A stretch of DNA of 64,000 bases from Mobula hypostoma. Its lineage: Eukaryota. The notes under the pieces were generated by a model. It did not search any database and was not told the DNA's origin. It worked only from the letters and a program-made list of their open reading frames with translations. This document shows, in pieces, positions 25,096 to 37,670 of the stretch (the first letter of the stretch is position 1; each line of letters opens with the position of its first letter). The position numbers and the translations under genes are program-made. The DNA is taken from contig NC_086108.1 of assembly GCF_963921235.1 (NCBI RefSeq), forward strand, positions 88,166,001 to 88,230,000. The letters run 5' to 3'.

Positions 25096-25440
25096 GATAG
25101 AGAAAGTGAAGATTTAGAAATGGAAAAGCCACTCCAAGGTAATCATAATCAATTGGTTTATGGCTAATTTCAAAGGATGAGAACAATTCTGGACTGGTAA
25201 ATTATATGGCAGAGCCATAATTGACAATTGGTGTCTCTTAGGGTGGAGTTCTTTCAATTACAATCCAGGTACTTTCTCATGAGGGAGAACAAGAGGATCG
25301 TTCAAATCAGAGCTCCCTGAATGACCAAAAAGAAAGTAAAATAGAGCTGAAAAGAAAATGTTGATTGATGCTAGGTTGTTAAAGGAATGATTATAGAGAG
25401 TTCAGTGCTGAATTTAAAAGAGAGGAAAAGAGAAAGGAAA

Positions 25441-25855
25441 TTTTTTTTTGCAATCACTCAAGTCGAGTATGATGTTGTACCAAGGTGTTATTCCCTTAAT
25501 GGAGAATGCCTGTTCATGACTTTGTTTAACATGGGGGAGGCTGATGCAAGCCAACACACGATCCTTGACAGATTGGTATCAGGGTCCTGTGGCATGAAAT
25601 GCAAGATGAGTGGTGACCCGTGACTTCTGCAGCCTTCCTCCACCTTCCACCACCTCCACATTGTGATGTGTCTTCATCTTCTCCCAGCTCCACTGCTGAG
25701 GTCTTGGTTGGATCGCTCTTTGTCGGGATCATTTCCCTTGACCTTACCACCATGGTTGACCCTACCCAGGATCAAGGCTCCATATAGCTTTGCTCTTCGG
25801 ATCTTAGGAACTCACGAGCCTCTCCACTACGACAAGGTGATGATCCTTGGAGAAG
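25441..25855 (-). mobile_element. Short RTE-derived non-autonomous element (RTE 5'UTR joined to a short 3' end)
   Basis: Reverse complement begins atcaccttgtcgtagtggagaggctcgtgag...ggtagggtcaaccatgg...gacaaagagcg, typical of RTE 5'UTRs, and ends in an A-run. No RT present. Confidence 0.65.
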
Positions 25856-26253
25856 AATATGACTGTAATGACCTGATAACAGTTAACCCACAATTCAATG
25901 CTGGAGCAGACACAAAAAAATGTGGGCTACTTCATCTACTTCTATGGCAGTCTCTCAGGGTTCAAGCTGACTTGTTTGCATGAAAAAATGAAGACAATAT
26001 GGGATCCACAGATAGGGCAGAGGTTCTCGACAGGACAGGTGGATGAGCAATTGTTATGTGTTCCTTCCACTGTTTGTGCAAGTGCTCCATACTCTCATGT
26101 AGTTCTCAGACACAATGTTCTCAGTTAACCCGTTGATATGCCATGGTCAGTGATTTCCAGGGATTGATGAAAAGAGATTTTGATAGTGTTATGTGATTGA
26201 AATTCTGGGGTCTAGAGTTTACATAGGTTTTTAAAAAATGAATAATAAACACT

Positions 26254-26290
26254 GTCCTGATGAAGGGTCTTGGCCTGAAACGTCGACTGC
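26254..26290 (+). ncRNA. Minimal type I hammerhead ribozyme motif
   Basis: gtc-CTGATGA-agggtcttggcct-GAAA-c-GTC-gac. Confidence 0.75.
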
Positions 26291-26389
26291 ACCTCTTCCT
26301 AGAGATGCTGCCTGGCCTGCTGCGTTCACCAGCAACCTTTATGTGTGTTGCTTGAATTTCCAGCATCTGCAGAATTCCTGTTGTTTGCG
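26256..26389 (+). mobile_element. 134-bp Penelope 3' terminal insertion
   Basis: Near-identical to 16097-16228. 12-bp TSD AATAAACACTGT at 26244-26255 / 26390-26401. Confidence 0.88.
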
Positions 26390-27087
26390 AATAAACACTG
26401 TGGATCATTTTTTGTCCTTCACCAAGGGGCTGAGCTAGAACCATGATATAATTAGTGATCTGCTTTGATTATCTGTGACCAGAATGCTATGAAGATTGGC
26501 TCCGCTCATGCTGTGTTATTTAGTAACGCATTTCAATGAATTAACAAATCCTTCTTTCTCATGTTATTTGAAACCAGGCTGTCCAAAAAAGAAAAAGCTC
26601 CAAACAAAGCAACAGCCTTGCAGGTTTTACAAATTCTCAATTCTCAAGCCATTTTACTGCACATTGCTCTTGATACACTTACAGGAACACTACCTGTACA
26701 AGACCTCTCCAAGAATATACTCTGGGTCCACCGAAAAGCAATAGTAAGTTGATGACAGAATATGGAGTGTCCAGTACAGAACAGAACAATTTAAGTTCTT
26801 TGCAATACATTGAACATGACTCTAAGGCTTTAGCAAGCATATTTGTTGCTTGAAGAACTTTATAAATGTTGGCGCATATATGTAGTAACTGAACCGAACT
26901 CACAGTGGGACTCAATTAAAATGCTTGGAATTATTTTCTGGTGTGAAGACACCACAGGAACAGCTGTCCTTTGAAAGTAGATGGTATTTCATTCCACAAG
27001 CTGCACACTGGTTTCTTCTGAGAAATGTTTTTGACAGAAGACACAAGAACAAGAGACTTCACAATAGCCTGGCTGAGAAATGAGTCC

Positions 27088-29915
27088 ATTTATTTATTTA
27101 TTTATTGAGATACGATGCAGAATAGGCCCTTCCGATTCTTTGAGACACGCTGCCTTTTGTCGACAAGATGGACGAAACAGATATTTTGATCATTCAGGGT
27201 GACTGGAATGCCAAGGTGGGCAGAGACGCACAAGATGAGTGGGGGTATATCATCAGCCCCTCATGCAATGACACCTCTAATGAGAGGGGACTACACCTGC
27301 TGGAATTTGCCAGTTATAACAACATGGTGCTGTGGAACACACGTGGAAAGCACAAAGCATCCCAAAGATGGACCTGGCATTCCCCCAGTGGTCAACATCA
27401 CCAGATTGACTACAACCTGGTGCAAAGACAGCACAAATCTGGTGTGAACAGACTGAAGACCAGAACATTCCCAGGAGCAGACGTGGGCAGTGACCATGAC
27501 CTTGTCGTGATGGATATCAGAGTATGCTTGAGGAGAATCAACAAGCCAAAAAACAGCTGGCTGAGATTCAACCTTGAAAAACTGAAAGACCTCGCCACCT
27601 CTGAAGAATTTCAGGCAGCAGTTGGGGGGAAGTTTGCACCAATACTCCTCCTTGATGAAGACCTGGAGATCACTACGAATAGCTTTAACAGTGATGACGG
27701 AAACAGCAAGCAAGATTCTGGAGAAAGACCGCCGTAAGTCTAAACCATGGGTCACTAACAAGATATTGGATATGTGTGACACAAGAAGGAAATTAAAGAA
27801 AGATAAAAACACAGCAGAGGGAAGAACAGAATACAGGAAAATCAACAAGGAAATCAGAAGGGAAATGAAGGAAGCAAAGCAAAGATGGATAGCCGAACAA
27901 TGTGTGGACATTGAAGACAGCCTCTCCAACAATAACACAAAGAAGGCATTCCAACTGGTGAAAGATCTTACCAAAGAAAAACAAGCCAAAGTGAACACCG
28001 TCCAAGACAAAAATGGCAAATGTCCCACAGAAGGAAAGGAAATAATGGAAAAGTGGACATAGTACTGTTCAGAACTGTACAACTACCAGAGCAGAGGGGA
28101 TCCAAGCGTGCTGAATGTGCAGGAATCTTCCAATGAGGATGACTATCCAATCATGCGTGAAGAAGTTGAAGCCGCAATACGATCACTGAAGTGTGGGAAG
28201 TCAGCAGGAGTTGACAACATCTCTGCTGAACTGCTGAAACATGGAGGAGAGGCCATGATAGACATGCTTACCACCATCTGCAATAAGATCTGGCAGACAG
28301 GTGAATGGCCGACACCTTGGACTCAGTCGCTGATCATTGTGCTTCCCAAGAAAGGCAATCTCCAACTTTGCCAGAATTACCGTACCATCAGTTGATCAGC
28401 CATGTAAGCAAGGTAATGCTCAGAATCATCTTGAACAGACTGAGAGTTCAGGCAGAACACATCATTGCCGAGGAACAAGCAGGCTTCCATAAGAGCAGAA
28501 GCACAACTGAGCAGATTTTCAACCTCTGCACCCTCTGTGAGAAACACCTTCAGCACCAGAGAGAGTTCTAACACGTCTTAATAGACTTCAAGAAGGCGTT
28601 TGACAGAGTCTGGCATGATGCCTTATGGGCCACCATGAAGAAATCCAACATGGGGCAGAAGCTGATTCATACAATCTATCAGTTTTACGCCAAGGCAACC
28701 AGTGCAGTACTCACTCAGGGCACCATTGGGGAGTGGTTCCATACCTCTGTAGGAGTCCGTCAGGGCTGCCTCCTCTCCCCCACTCTCTTCAACGTCTTCC
28801 TGGAACAAATCATGAGTGTTGCCCTTGAAGATCATGTGGGCACAGTCAGCATCGGAGGGAGGAACATCACAAACCTAAGATTTGCTGACGACATTGATGA
28901 ACTTGCAGGAAAAGAGGATGAACTGGCCAACCTGGTCAGCCATCTGGACAGAGCCTCCTCAAAGTTTGGAATGGAAATAAGTGCCAAGAAAACCAAGCTC
29001 ATGGCAAATGCCAACAGTGCCATCACAGCAGACATCTCAGTCCATGGTCAGAAACTTGAGACAGTGCAGCAGTTCAGATACCTGGGGGCAATCATCAGTG
29101 ATGAAGGATCAAGACCAGAACCACACAGACAATGACTGCACTATCTAAACTCAAGACAACATGGAGGGACAGCAACATCACTATGAAGTACAAGATCAGA
29201 CTCCTGCGTGCGTTGGTATTCTCCATCTTCCTGTACACATGAGAGACATGGACCCTCACAGCAGAGCTACAGAGAAAGATACAGGCATTGGAAATGAGAT
29301 GCTATCGCAACATCTTGGGCATCTCATACTTGGACCACATCACAAACGAGCAGGTCCGCAAGACCATCCAGCACCACATTGGCCCCCATGAAGACCTTCT
29401 CACAACGGTGAAGAAAAGAAAGCTGAGATGGTACGGCCACATAACAAGATCCAGTGGCCTTGCAAAGACCGTTCTACAAGGAACTGTGGAGGGAAAAGAA
29501 GGAGAGGCAGACAGAGGAAAAGATGGATGGACACCATTAAAGAATGGACAGGAAAAGTATTTGCGTTGACCCAGGCTCTGGCACACAACCGCGACAGATG
29601 GAACAGGCTGGTGCAAAGTTTGTCATGACGGCGCCCTGACGACTCCACCAGGAGTTAAGGGCACAAGGCAAGGCAAGGTAAGGCCCAGCAATCCCCTGAT
29701 TTAACCTGAGCTGAATCACGGGACAACTTACAATGACCAATTAACTGACTAACTGGTACGCCTTTTGGAATGTGGGAGGATTCCAGAGCACCCGGAGGAA
29801 ACCCATGGGGTCAAGGGAAGAACACAGAAATTCTTTGCAGGCAGCGGTGGGAATTAAACTGGATCGTCTGTACTGTAAAGCAATGTGCTAACCACTAATT
29901 TACCGTGCTACCCCA
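27088..29915 (-). mobile_element. tRNA-derived SINE (27088-27154 and 29683-29915) split by an RTE
   Basis: Head GGGGTAGCACGGTAAATTAGTGGTTAGCAC at the right end and (TAAA)n tail at the left end. Confidence 0.7.
27155..29682 (+). mobile_element. RTE-clade LINE (APE and RT), 5'-truncated and frameshifted
   Basis: APE motifs GDWNAKVG, QIDY, GSDHDLV; RT motifs CQNYRTIS, GVRQGCLLSPTLF, LRFADDI, FRYLG; RKLRWYGH; (CAAGG)n tail; short GCC duplication at the junctions. Confidence 0.92.
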
Positions 29916-30134
29916 TGATTTCATGATAATATCTGTAAATGCTTCATTAAAAATAATTTAGTAAAAGACTTATTTCGTTTGGATAACACTTGCAATTCTT
30001 TAATCTCATAATGTAAACTCAAAACTTTAATATTCTAAAGTAACACAAGGCAACCCTATCTAAACAATATATGTTATTTAGCTCTTAAAGTGCTGTGTGA
30101 TTCCCCTGCCATTAGTAATCTTCTTTTAAGATTC

Positions 30135-30408
30135 ACAAAATGCTGGAGGAACTCAGTCGGTCAGGCAGGATTTATGGAGAGGAATAAAGATTCGAGATTT
30201 TGGCTTGAGATCCCACATCAGGACTTTAAAAAAAGGGGAAAGTAGCCAAAATAAGAAGGAGAGCCCCTTTCAGTCCTGACAAAAGGTCTCTGCCCAAAAC
30301 GTTGACTCTTTATTGCTCTCCATAAATGCTACCTGACCAGTTGAGTTCCTTTAGCATTTTGTATGTGTTACTCTGGATTTCCAGCATCTACAAAATCTCT
30401 TGTGTTTA
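30135..30408. mobile_element. Short Penelope-derived palindromic element
   Basis: Inverted arms cacaaaatgctggaggaactc / gagttcctttagcattttgt, two decayed hammerhead cores and the one-sided tail. Confidence 0.78.
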
Positions 30409-31549
30409 TCCTTTAATATTTCTTGCGTCGAGTAAAGGAGTTCTTATCTCCTCCTCACTAACCAAGCAGCAGCTGGAATTTTGAGTCAAGTAGACAATAT
30501 GCCTTCAAAGTGAGAGTTATTCAACGTCACTCAGTACAACTAATGGTGCCTACTTACTGCCATTCTATAGAAATAAGATTGCTTTGTTGCTTTCTCTGAG
30601 TACTTGAATTGCCAGGCTGAATATATCTGTCATATTTGACATTAGGCAAAAGAAGCTGAGAAGCTGAGACTGGAAAATCCAGTCATCATTGTCGTTAGAG
30701 CAAAGAAGGGCAAGAGATGTACAGGTTTACAACTAATTTAGTTAAACAGAGAGATGCTGTTCCCAGTGAGAGCAGATGGTTCAAGCATTAGAGGACACAG
30801 ATTTGAAATGTTAGGCAAAACATGTAAGAAGGATGTGAGGAGAATCTTTTATTTCATTAATTATCAGCTGAAATTCCTTGTCTGTAAAGGTCTTTGATAT
30901 TGGAGCTTTCAAAAGGGGATTGGACAGGCACTTGAGTGACAATAACAGACAGTACTGTGGAAAAGAGTGGGAATGTGATTTACTGGATTGGTTTACTAAT
31001 AACTGGAACAGTCTTGCTGGGTTGATTAAACTCCTGTAACAATTCTATTCTATTCCATTATTAGCATAATTTGGTGTGAGATACAGTGGACTAACTTGGC
31101 TGGAAACGAAAAAGTAGTATCTGCCTCATGGCTTAGACACTGGCGCTAAAATAGGCAATCATAAAGGTTCAGTTTTCTTAAAGAACTCTACATACTGTAT
31201 ATCAAACTTGAAATGAAACATGACACTGGTACCTTAATTTGTCTGACTAATTTTAATAACAGTAGCAGACTCTCTCTATGGATCCACAATTTGCAGCAGT
31301 CATTACCGAATATTCTCGAAGCTGTGCACAATATTTTTATACATCTAAGCTTCTATAAAAATTAGGCAATCTGCATTTTTATATGATAATTTTCTGCTGA
31401 CTGCAAGGTAAACCATTAAATGGAAGTTCATTCAAAGCATTATTTGATGTACTTCAATGAGTTTAAGCACATACACTAATGGTTTCATGGCTCTATACCC
31501 CTGTCCTATCCCCTCCACCCCACAGCATTACAACTATTACAATGTATGG

Positions 31550-32030
31550 TAAAGTTCAAACTTTAAAGTTCAAAGTACATATGTCACTAGATACTAGCTC
31601 GAGATTCGTTTTCTTATAGGCATTCACAGTAAAACAAAGAAATACAATAGAATCAATGGAAAGACAGACTAAAACGGTACAAAAGAAGGCAAGCTGTGCA
31701 AATAAAAAAGAAATTAATAAATAAGTGAATAAATGATATTGAGAACAAGAGTTGTAGACTCCTCGAAAGTGAGTCCATAGGTTATGGAATAAGTATGGAG
31801 TTGAGGTGAGTGAAGTTGTCCATGCTGGTTCAGGACCCTGATGGTTGTAGGGTAATAACTGTTCCTGAACCTCATGGTGTGGGACCGAAGGCTCTTGTAT
31901 CTCCTTCCCGATGGCAGCAGTGAGAAGAGAGCATGGCCTGGATGGCGAGGGTCCTTGATGAGGAATGCTGCTTTGTTGGGGCAGCGCTGCTTGTAGATGA
32001 GCTCAGTGCTAGGGAGGTAAGGTGGGGACT
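31550..32030 (-). mobile_element. Rex1/Babar-type 3' fragment
   Basis: [24 protein letters not shown]...RFRNSYYP. Confidence 0.75.
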
Positions 32031-32094
32031 CAATGGTGGACATAGGTTTCTGACTAGTAACTAGAATTGTGGGCCATTAATTCTGAAACATGAG

Positions 32095-34380
32095 TTGTTC
32101 AAAGTAAAATTTACTTTCAGAGTACATACATGTCACCGCATACAACTCTGAGATTTTTTCGTGTGGGCATACTCTGCAAATCTATAGAGTAGTAACTGTA
32201 AACAGGATCAATGAAGTGGCAAGAACGTAGAAGACGAACTGTTGAAATGTATCTATAAATAGCAATAAAATATTGAGAGTATGAAATAACAGATAAAGAC
32301 TCCTTAAAGTGAGATCATTGGTTGTGGGAACATCTCAATAGATGAGTATAGTTATCCTCTTTTGTTCAAGGGCCTGATGGTCGAGGGTTAGTAACTGTTT
32401 TTGAACCTGCTGGTGCGAGTCCTGAGGCATTTGTACCTTCTACCTGATGGCAACAGTGAGAAAAGAGCATGGCCTGGGTGATGAGTATCTTTGATGATGG
32501 ATGCTGCTTTCGTATGACAGCGTTTCATGTAGATGTGCTCAATGGTTGGGAGAGCTTTACTTGTGATGTACTGGGCCGAAATCTCTACCTTTTGTAGGAT
32601 TTTCCATTCAAAGGCATTGGTGTTCCCATACCAGGCCATAATGCAGCCAGTCAATATACTTCCCACTACACATCTATAGAAGTTTGTCATGGTTTTTAAT
32701 GTCATGCCGAAACTTCGCAGTCTTCTAAGGAATTAGAGGCATCGCCATGCTTTTTTTGCAATTATGTTTATATGATGGGTCCAGGACAGGTCCTCTGAGA
32801 TAGTGACACTCAGGAATTTAAAGTTACTGACCCTCTCCACCTCTGATCTTCTGATGAGGACTGGCTCATGGACCTCTGGTTTCCCTCTCCTGAAGTCTAC
32901 AATCAGTTCCTTGATCTTGCTGACATTGAGTGGAGGTAATTGTTATGACAACACTCAGCCAGGTTTTTAATCTCCCTCCTGTATGCTGATTCATCACCAC
33001 CTTTGATGCAGCCCACAGCAGCGATGTCATCAGCAAACTTGAATATGGCATTGGATCTGTACTTAGCCACACAGTCACAGGTGTAAAGTGAGTAGAGCAT
33101 GAGGCTGAGCACACAGCCCATGTGCTGCACCTGTGCTGACGGAGATTGTGGAGGAGACGTTCTTGTCAATCCGAACTGCCTGCAAGTGAGGAAATCCAGG
33201 ATCCAATTGCACAAGGGGTATTGAGGCCCAAGTCTTAGAGTTTACTGGTTACTTTCAAGGGGATGATGAATGCTGAATTGTATTTGATGAAGAGCATCCT
33301 GATATATGCATCTTTGCTGTCCAGATGTTCCAGGGTTGTGTGAACAGCCAGAGGTGGCATCTGCTGTTGACTTGCTACTCTGGTAGGCAAATTGGAGTGG
33401 ATCCAAATCACCACTCTGGCAGGAGTTGATATGTTTCAACACCAGCCTCTCTTCACTGTGGATGTAAGGGCCACTGGGCAATAGTTATTGAGACAGGTTA
33501 CCATGCTTTTCTTGGGCACAGGTGTGATTGAAGCCTCCTTGAAGTAGGTGGGCACTACACACTGCTGAAGTGAGAGGTTGAAGACATCTGTGAACACACC
33601 AGTCAGTTGGTCAGCACATGTCTTCAGTACTCGGCCAGGTACTCCATCTGGACCGGATACCTTCCATGGATTTACCCTCTTTAGATACTGACACCAAAGG
33701 ATCATCAGGAGACGTGGAGGTGCACGATGATTCCTTCATGTTCTGGTGGTCAAAGCGAGCACAGAAAACATCTGGGAGCAAAGCTCTGCCATCCCCCGTG
33801 TCCCTTGATTTAACTTTGTAGGAGGTTATGGTATTCAAACCCTGCCAATCTGTTAAGCATCTCTCGATGCTTCCAGTCTAGTCCAAAATCTTCACTTCAC
33901 TCATGAGATGGCATTCCGGAGATCATACCTGCACCTCTTGTAGCATTCTTGATCTTCAGACTTGAATGCCTCTAATCTGGTCTTCAGCAAATTCTGGATT
34001 TCATGCTTCATCCTGGGCTTCTGACCAGGGAAGGCTCAGAATGATTTCGTGGGGACGCACTCATCTACAGCTGTTTTAGTAAAGTCTGTTACAACCCTGG
34101 TGTATTTATTCAGAGTCACAGATGAGTTCTTGAACACAGCCCATTCCACTGACTTGAAGCTATCCTGTAACTGTTCCTCTTCCTCCCACGACCACCTCTT
34201 GGTTGTCCTAAATTCTGGCGCTTTGCTCTTGAGGCTCTGTTTGTATGCAGGTAGTAGGAGTACAGCCAAATGAACCAACTTACCAAAGTGTGATCTCAGA
34301 AAGGAACGATGGGCATCCCTTATCGTAGCGTAGCATTAGAGCCTCTGGTGCAACAGGTTACACGTTGGTGACAACAGCAA
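32095..34380 (-). mobile_element. Rex1/Babar-type LINE, decayed
   Basis: Collinear ORF pieces: [48 protein letters not shown]. Confidence 0.85.
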
Positions 34381-34412
34381 TCATAGCAGCTTGAAATAAT
34401 CAGATAAATATG

Positions 34413-35098
34413 CGTAGCCCCCCGGCAAGCCTCAGGATTGCTCAACTCGCTGTTGTCCGGGGGAGCAGCCTTCGGCCCTGCTAAACTGGGTAATCAAGTT
34501 TGTGTGGAAGCTGTGTGATGTACCTCACCCCACCAAATAACAGACAATACACCATATATGATTAAATGATTACAATCTACAGATATTACTGGAACTATAT
34601 AATTAATAGAGATAAAATATAAAAGGAAAGTAAAAGGTGCCAAACTTATCAAAGTTCAACCTCTTCATGCACACCAGTTGGAGCTCTAGTAACAGTCTTC
34701 TTTTCACCATTTGATCCCCTCTGACCACCTCGACCCACCTCCTGGGACCAACCACGGTGGTTGACCGGATGCTCCACACGAGTCTGTCTTTGTCTCCTCT
34801 CCTCACTGAAGACCCTGGACCTCAGACTCCGGCTCGGGGTCCGTCCTGTCGGCCAGCTCACAGCATCGCGTCCACTCTCTCTCTCCCCATTGCGACTTCT
34901 GCCCCAAAACCCGCGTATCACAATAGCTTACAGACACACAAGAAGGAATAACATCTATCCCAATTGGTTAGCAACAGAATATAACTCTCTCTATAACCCA
35001 AACAAGCTGCTAGCGAGAGAACTTTCTCAGCAGTTAACATAACAAAGAAGCCATTTTAATTAGCCTACGCAGCAACATAAAAGAAGAAACCCCTGACA
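34413..35098 (-). mobile_element. Solo LTR with 4-bp TSD
   Basis: On - it reads TGTCAGGGG...GGGCTACG (terminal CA appears as CG). TSD TATG at 34409-34412 / 35099-35102. Orientation is inferred. Confidence 0.65.
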
Positions 35099-35930
35099 TA
35101 TGGAATTAATAAAAAACAATCTTGCCAATAATAAATATTCATTCAGTTTGCTGATGCTTTTTGGGAAAAGGAATCTGCCATCCTTTCTTTGTCTGGTCCA
35201 TGTGATCCCAGATCCAACTGAAGTTGAATGTTAACTCTCTCCTCAGTTCGGGACAATTAGGAAAAGACAGTAAATGGTGGGCGATAATTGACAGCATGAT
35301 CTACAACCCGTGAATGAGTTGTAAATGAAAATCTCCATCTAACATTTGTGAAGCCAATACCTGGAAACAGTAATTCAGAGCCCCACAGTTGACTACATAT
35401 AGGGTGAACACTCAATCGATCCCTAGCAAAAATTCATGAAATTGTCCAAGCAGTGTTAGTTTGGTTTACATCCAGAAGCTCGTACTAAAATGAGATCCTT
35501 ATGGGACTTGGCTTGTTTATCTTCTGATGATGTACTGTGCGCTGTTCTTTGCAGGATGTCAGCTCTTAAAGGCACACTCCCCATGTCAGGCACACAATAG
35601 TGCACACACTTGGCTGCAAAGGAGGATAAAGAAGTTGTGAGGAGAGGAAGGGTATTCTCATTTTCACTCAATGGGACATGGAAATCCTCATCCCAAGGTT
35701 AGAAGGCAACAAGGAGTTTTAATACATAAGAAGATTAAGGGAACTTCCAGAATCTGGAAACAGCTTTCTCTTCCAGGTGTGTGAATCCTCACCTAACTGT
35801 ACAACATAAAAGTAAATGTCATTCCCACTACTAAGTCAAGGGAGCTGCATGTCACTGCAGGCAAGTTCAGAAATCAGGGACTCATTCATTCACAGATTAT
35901 GATTAATGCAGCCATTAATCATAATAGTAA

Positions 35931-36554
35931 ATAGAAACATAGAAACATAGAAACATAGAAAATAGGTGCAGGAGTAGGCCATTCGGCCCTTCGAGCCTGC
36001 ACCGCCATTTATTATGATCATGGCTGATCATCCAACTCAGAACCCCGCCCCAGCCTTCCCTCCATACCCCCTGACCCCTGTAGCCACAAGGGCCATATCT
36101 AACTCCCTCTTAAATATAGCCAATGAACTGGCCTCAACAGTTTGCTGTGGCAGAGAATTCCACAGATTCACCACTCTCTGTGTGAAGAAGTTTTTCCTAA
36201 TCTCGGTCCTAAAAGGCTTCCCCTCTATCCTCAAACTGTGACCCCTCGTTCTGGACTTCCCCAACGTCGGGAACAATCTTCCTGCATCTAGCCTGTCCAA
36301 TCCCTTTAGGGACCAAAACTGCACACAATACTCCAGGTGTGGTCTCACCAAGGCCTTGTACAACTGCAGTAGTACCTCCCTGCTCCTGTACTCGAATCCT
36401 CTCGCTATAAATGCCAGCATACCATTCGCCTTTTTCACCGCCTGCTGTACCTGCATGCCACTTTCAATGACTGGTGTATAATGACACCCAGGTCTCGTTG
36501 CACCTCCCCTTTTCCTAATCGGCCACCATTCAGATAATAATCTGTTTTCCTATT
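35931..36554 (-). mobile_element. Young CR1-type 3' fragment with an internal deletion
   Basis: (ATAGAAAC)n tail. 10-bp TSD ATAATAGTAA at 35921-35930 / 36555-36564. The peptide jumps from YCVQFWS to LKGLDRL. Confidence 0.88.
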
Positions 36555-36889
36555 ATAATAGTAATAATCATATTGAAGTCACCCAGGCACTGCATTCATG
36601 AAGAAGTTATTTCATCTACTTTGATTTTACTGAGTGACTGGTGACATCTCAAGCATTGCGATTGTCCAACATTTCAGCTATTGCCATCCCTCGTGCCAAG
36701 AGAGGATCTGAGGTTTATTCTTCCCCAATTTGTTAGATGATAATTGGTAAACTATAAGTTTGTAAAGCATTGTAGTGGTCTCTGCTTCCATGCTGGTGGA
36801 CATAACCTAAGGGGCTTCTTCTGAAAGGTTCTCCTCTTTGAAGGAGTCTCCTTTAGCTCATGCAGTCAATGTGTCCTTCCGCTGCTCTT

Positions 36890-37670
36890 CAGGGAAATGA
36901 TGTTGATAGTTTTCTGCCAGTAGCCATGGTGACCATCTTTGTCATCTTAGCTCCTCAAGTTCCTGCTGTTCTTCAGTCTATACTTCATGTCCCTTAGGTT
37001 CTAAGTCTCCTTGCCACCCTTCATCTGGCACCAGTTGCTGTATTTAATTGGCTAGTTTGACTAGTATATGGCATGAAATAATGGAGTGTCTACACCTGCA
37101 GAAAATATCTGGCATTTCAGATAGACTGAGGATTAATGTGTCATATGTGCTGGTTGCAAATATAGCCTTCACCATCAGGAAATTCTCATAGTTCACAATC
37201 ACCAGATCTTTGAGGGCTGGAAAGTTTTGTGTGTAGAAGGAAAGTCCTGATAAATGGGAAGCCTGAGTGGGCTCATGAAGACAGCCAGTAGCTGCAAAGC
37301 TAGAAAAATCCCAGCGGCCGAGGTGCCACCAATCGCTCACTGAATTTAAAACAGAAGGGATAATTTCTTCATGAAGCCATAGCTTGGGGGACTTCACTGA
37401 TGCACTGGTGAGAAGCAAATCAAGAGAAAAGGCAGAGAACTATGTGGCTCTTTGCAGAGGTCCAGAGACAAGGAAAGTAAGGGCCAAAGTGACTATGATC
37501 TCCACAGACAGAGCATTACTGGCATTCAAGCATGGGTGGAGGTATTCCCAAAGGATATCCACTGACGACAAACTTGGGAAAACCTAAGCTTATGTATAAG
37601 ATATTCAGCAGAAAGGTCTAGGTAGGATGTGATTTCTTTGGATACTTGCTGGGAGGACAATCTTCACTAA
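36890..37670 (-). pseudogene. PIF/Harbinger (HARBI1-like) DDE transposase remnant
   Basis: Frameshifted collinear motifs SYLDLSAEYLIHKLRFS, NALSVEIIVTLALTFLVSGPLQ, FASHQCISEVPQAM, NFLMVKAIFATSTYDTLIL and IISCHILVKLA. Confidence 0.7.

Noticed and set aside
27291..28082. 263-aa hydrophobic ORF resembling a membrane protein
   Set aside because: It is the antisense shadow of the Lys/Glu-rich RTE linker.
29845..29915. tRNA genes (also ~20132-20208 and ~58250-58320)
   Set aside because: These are degenerate A/B-box SINE heads with no full cloverleaf.
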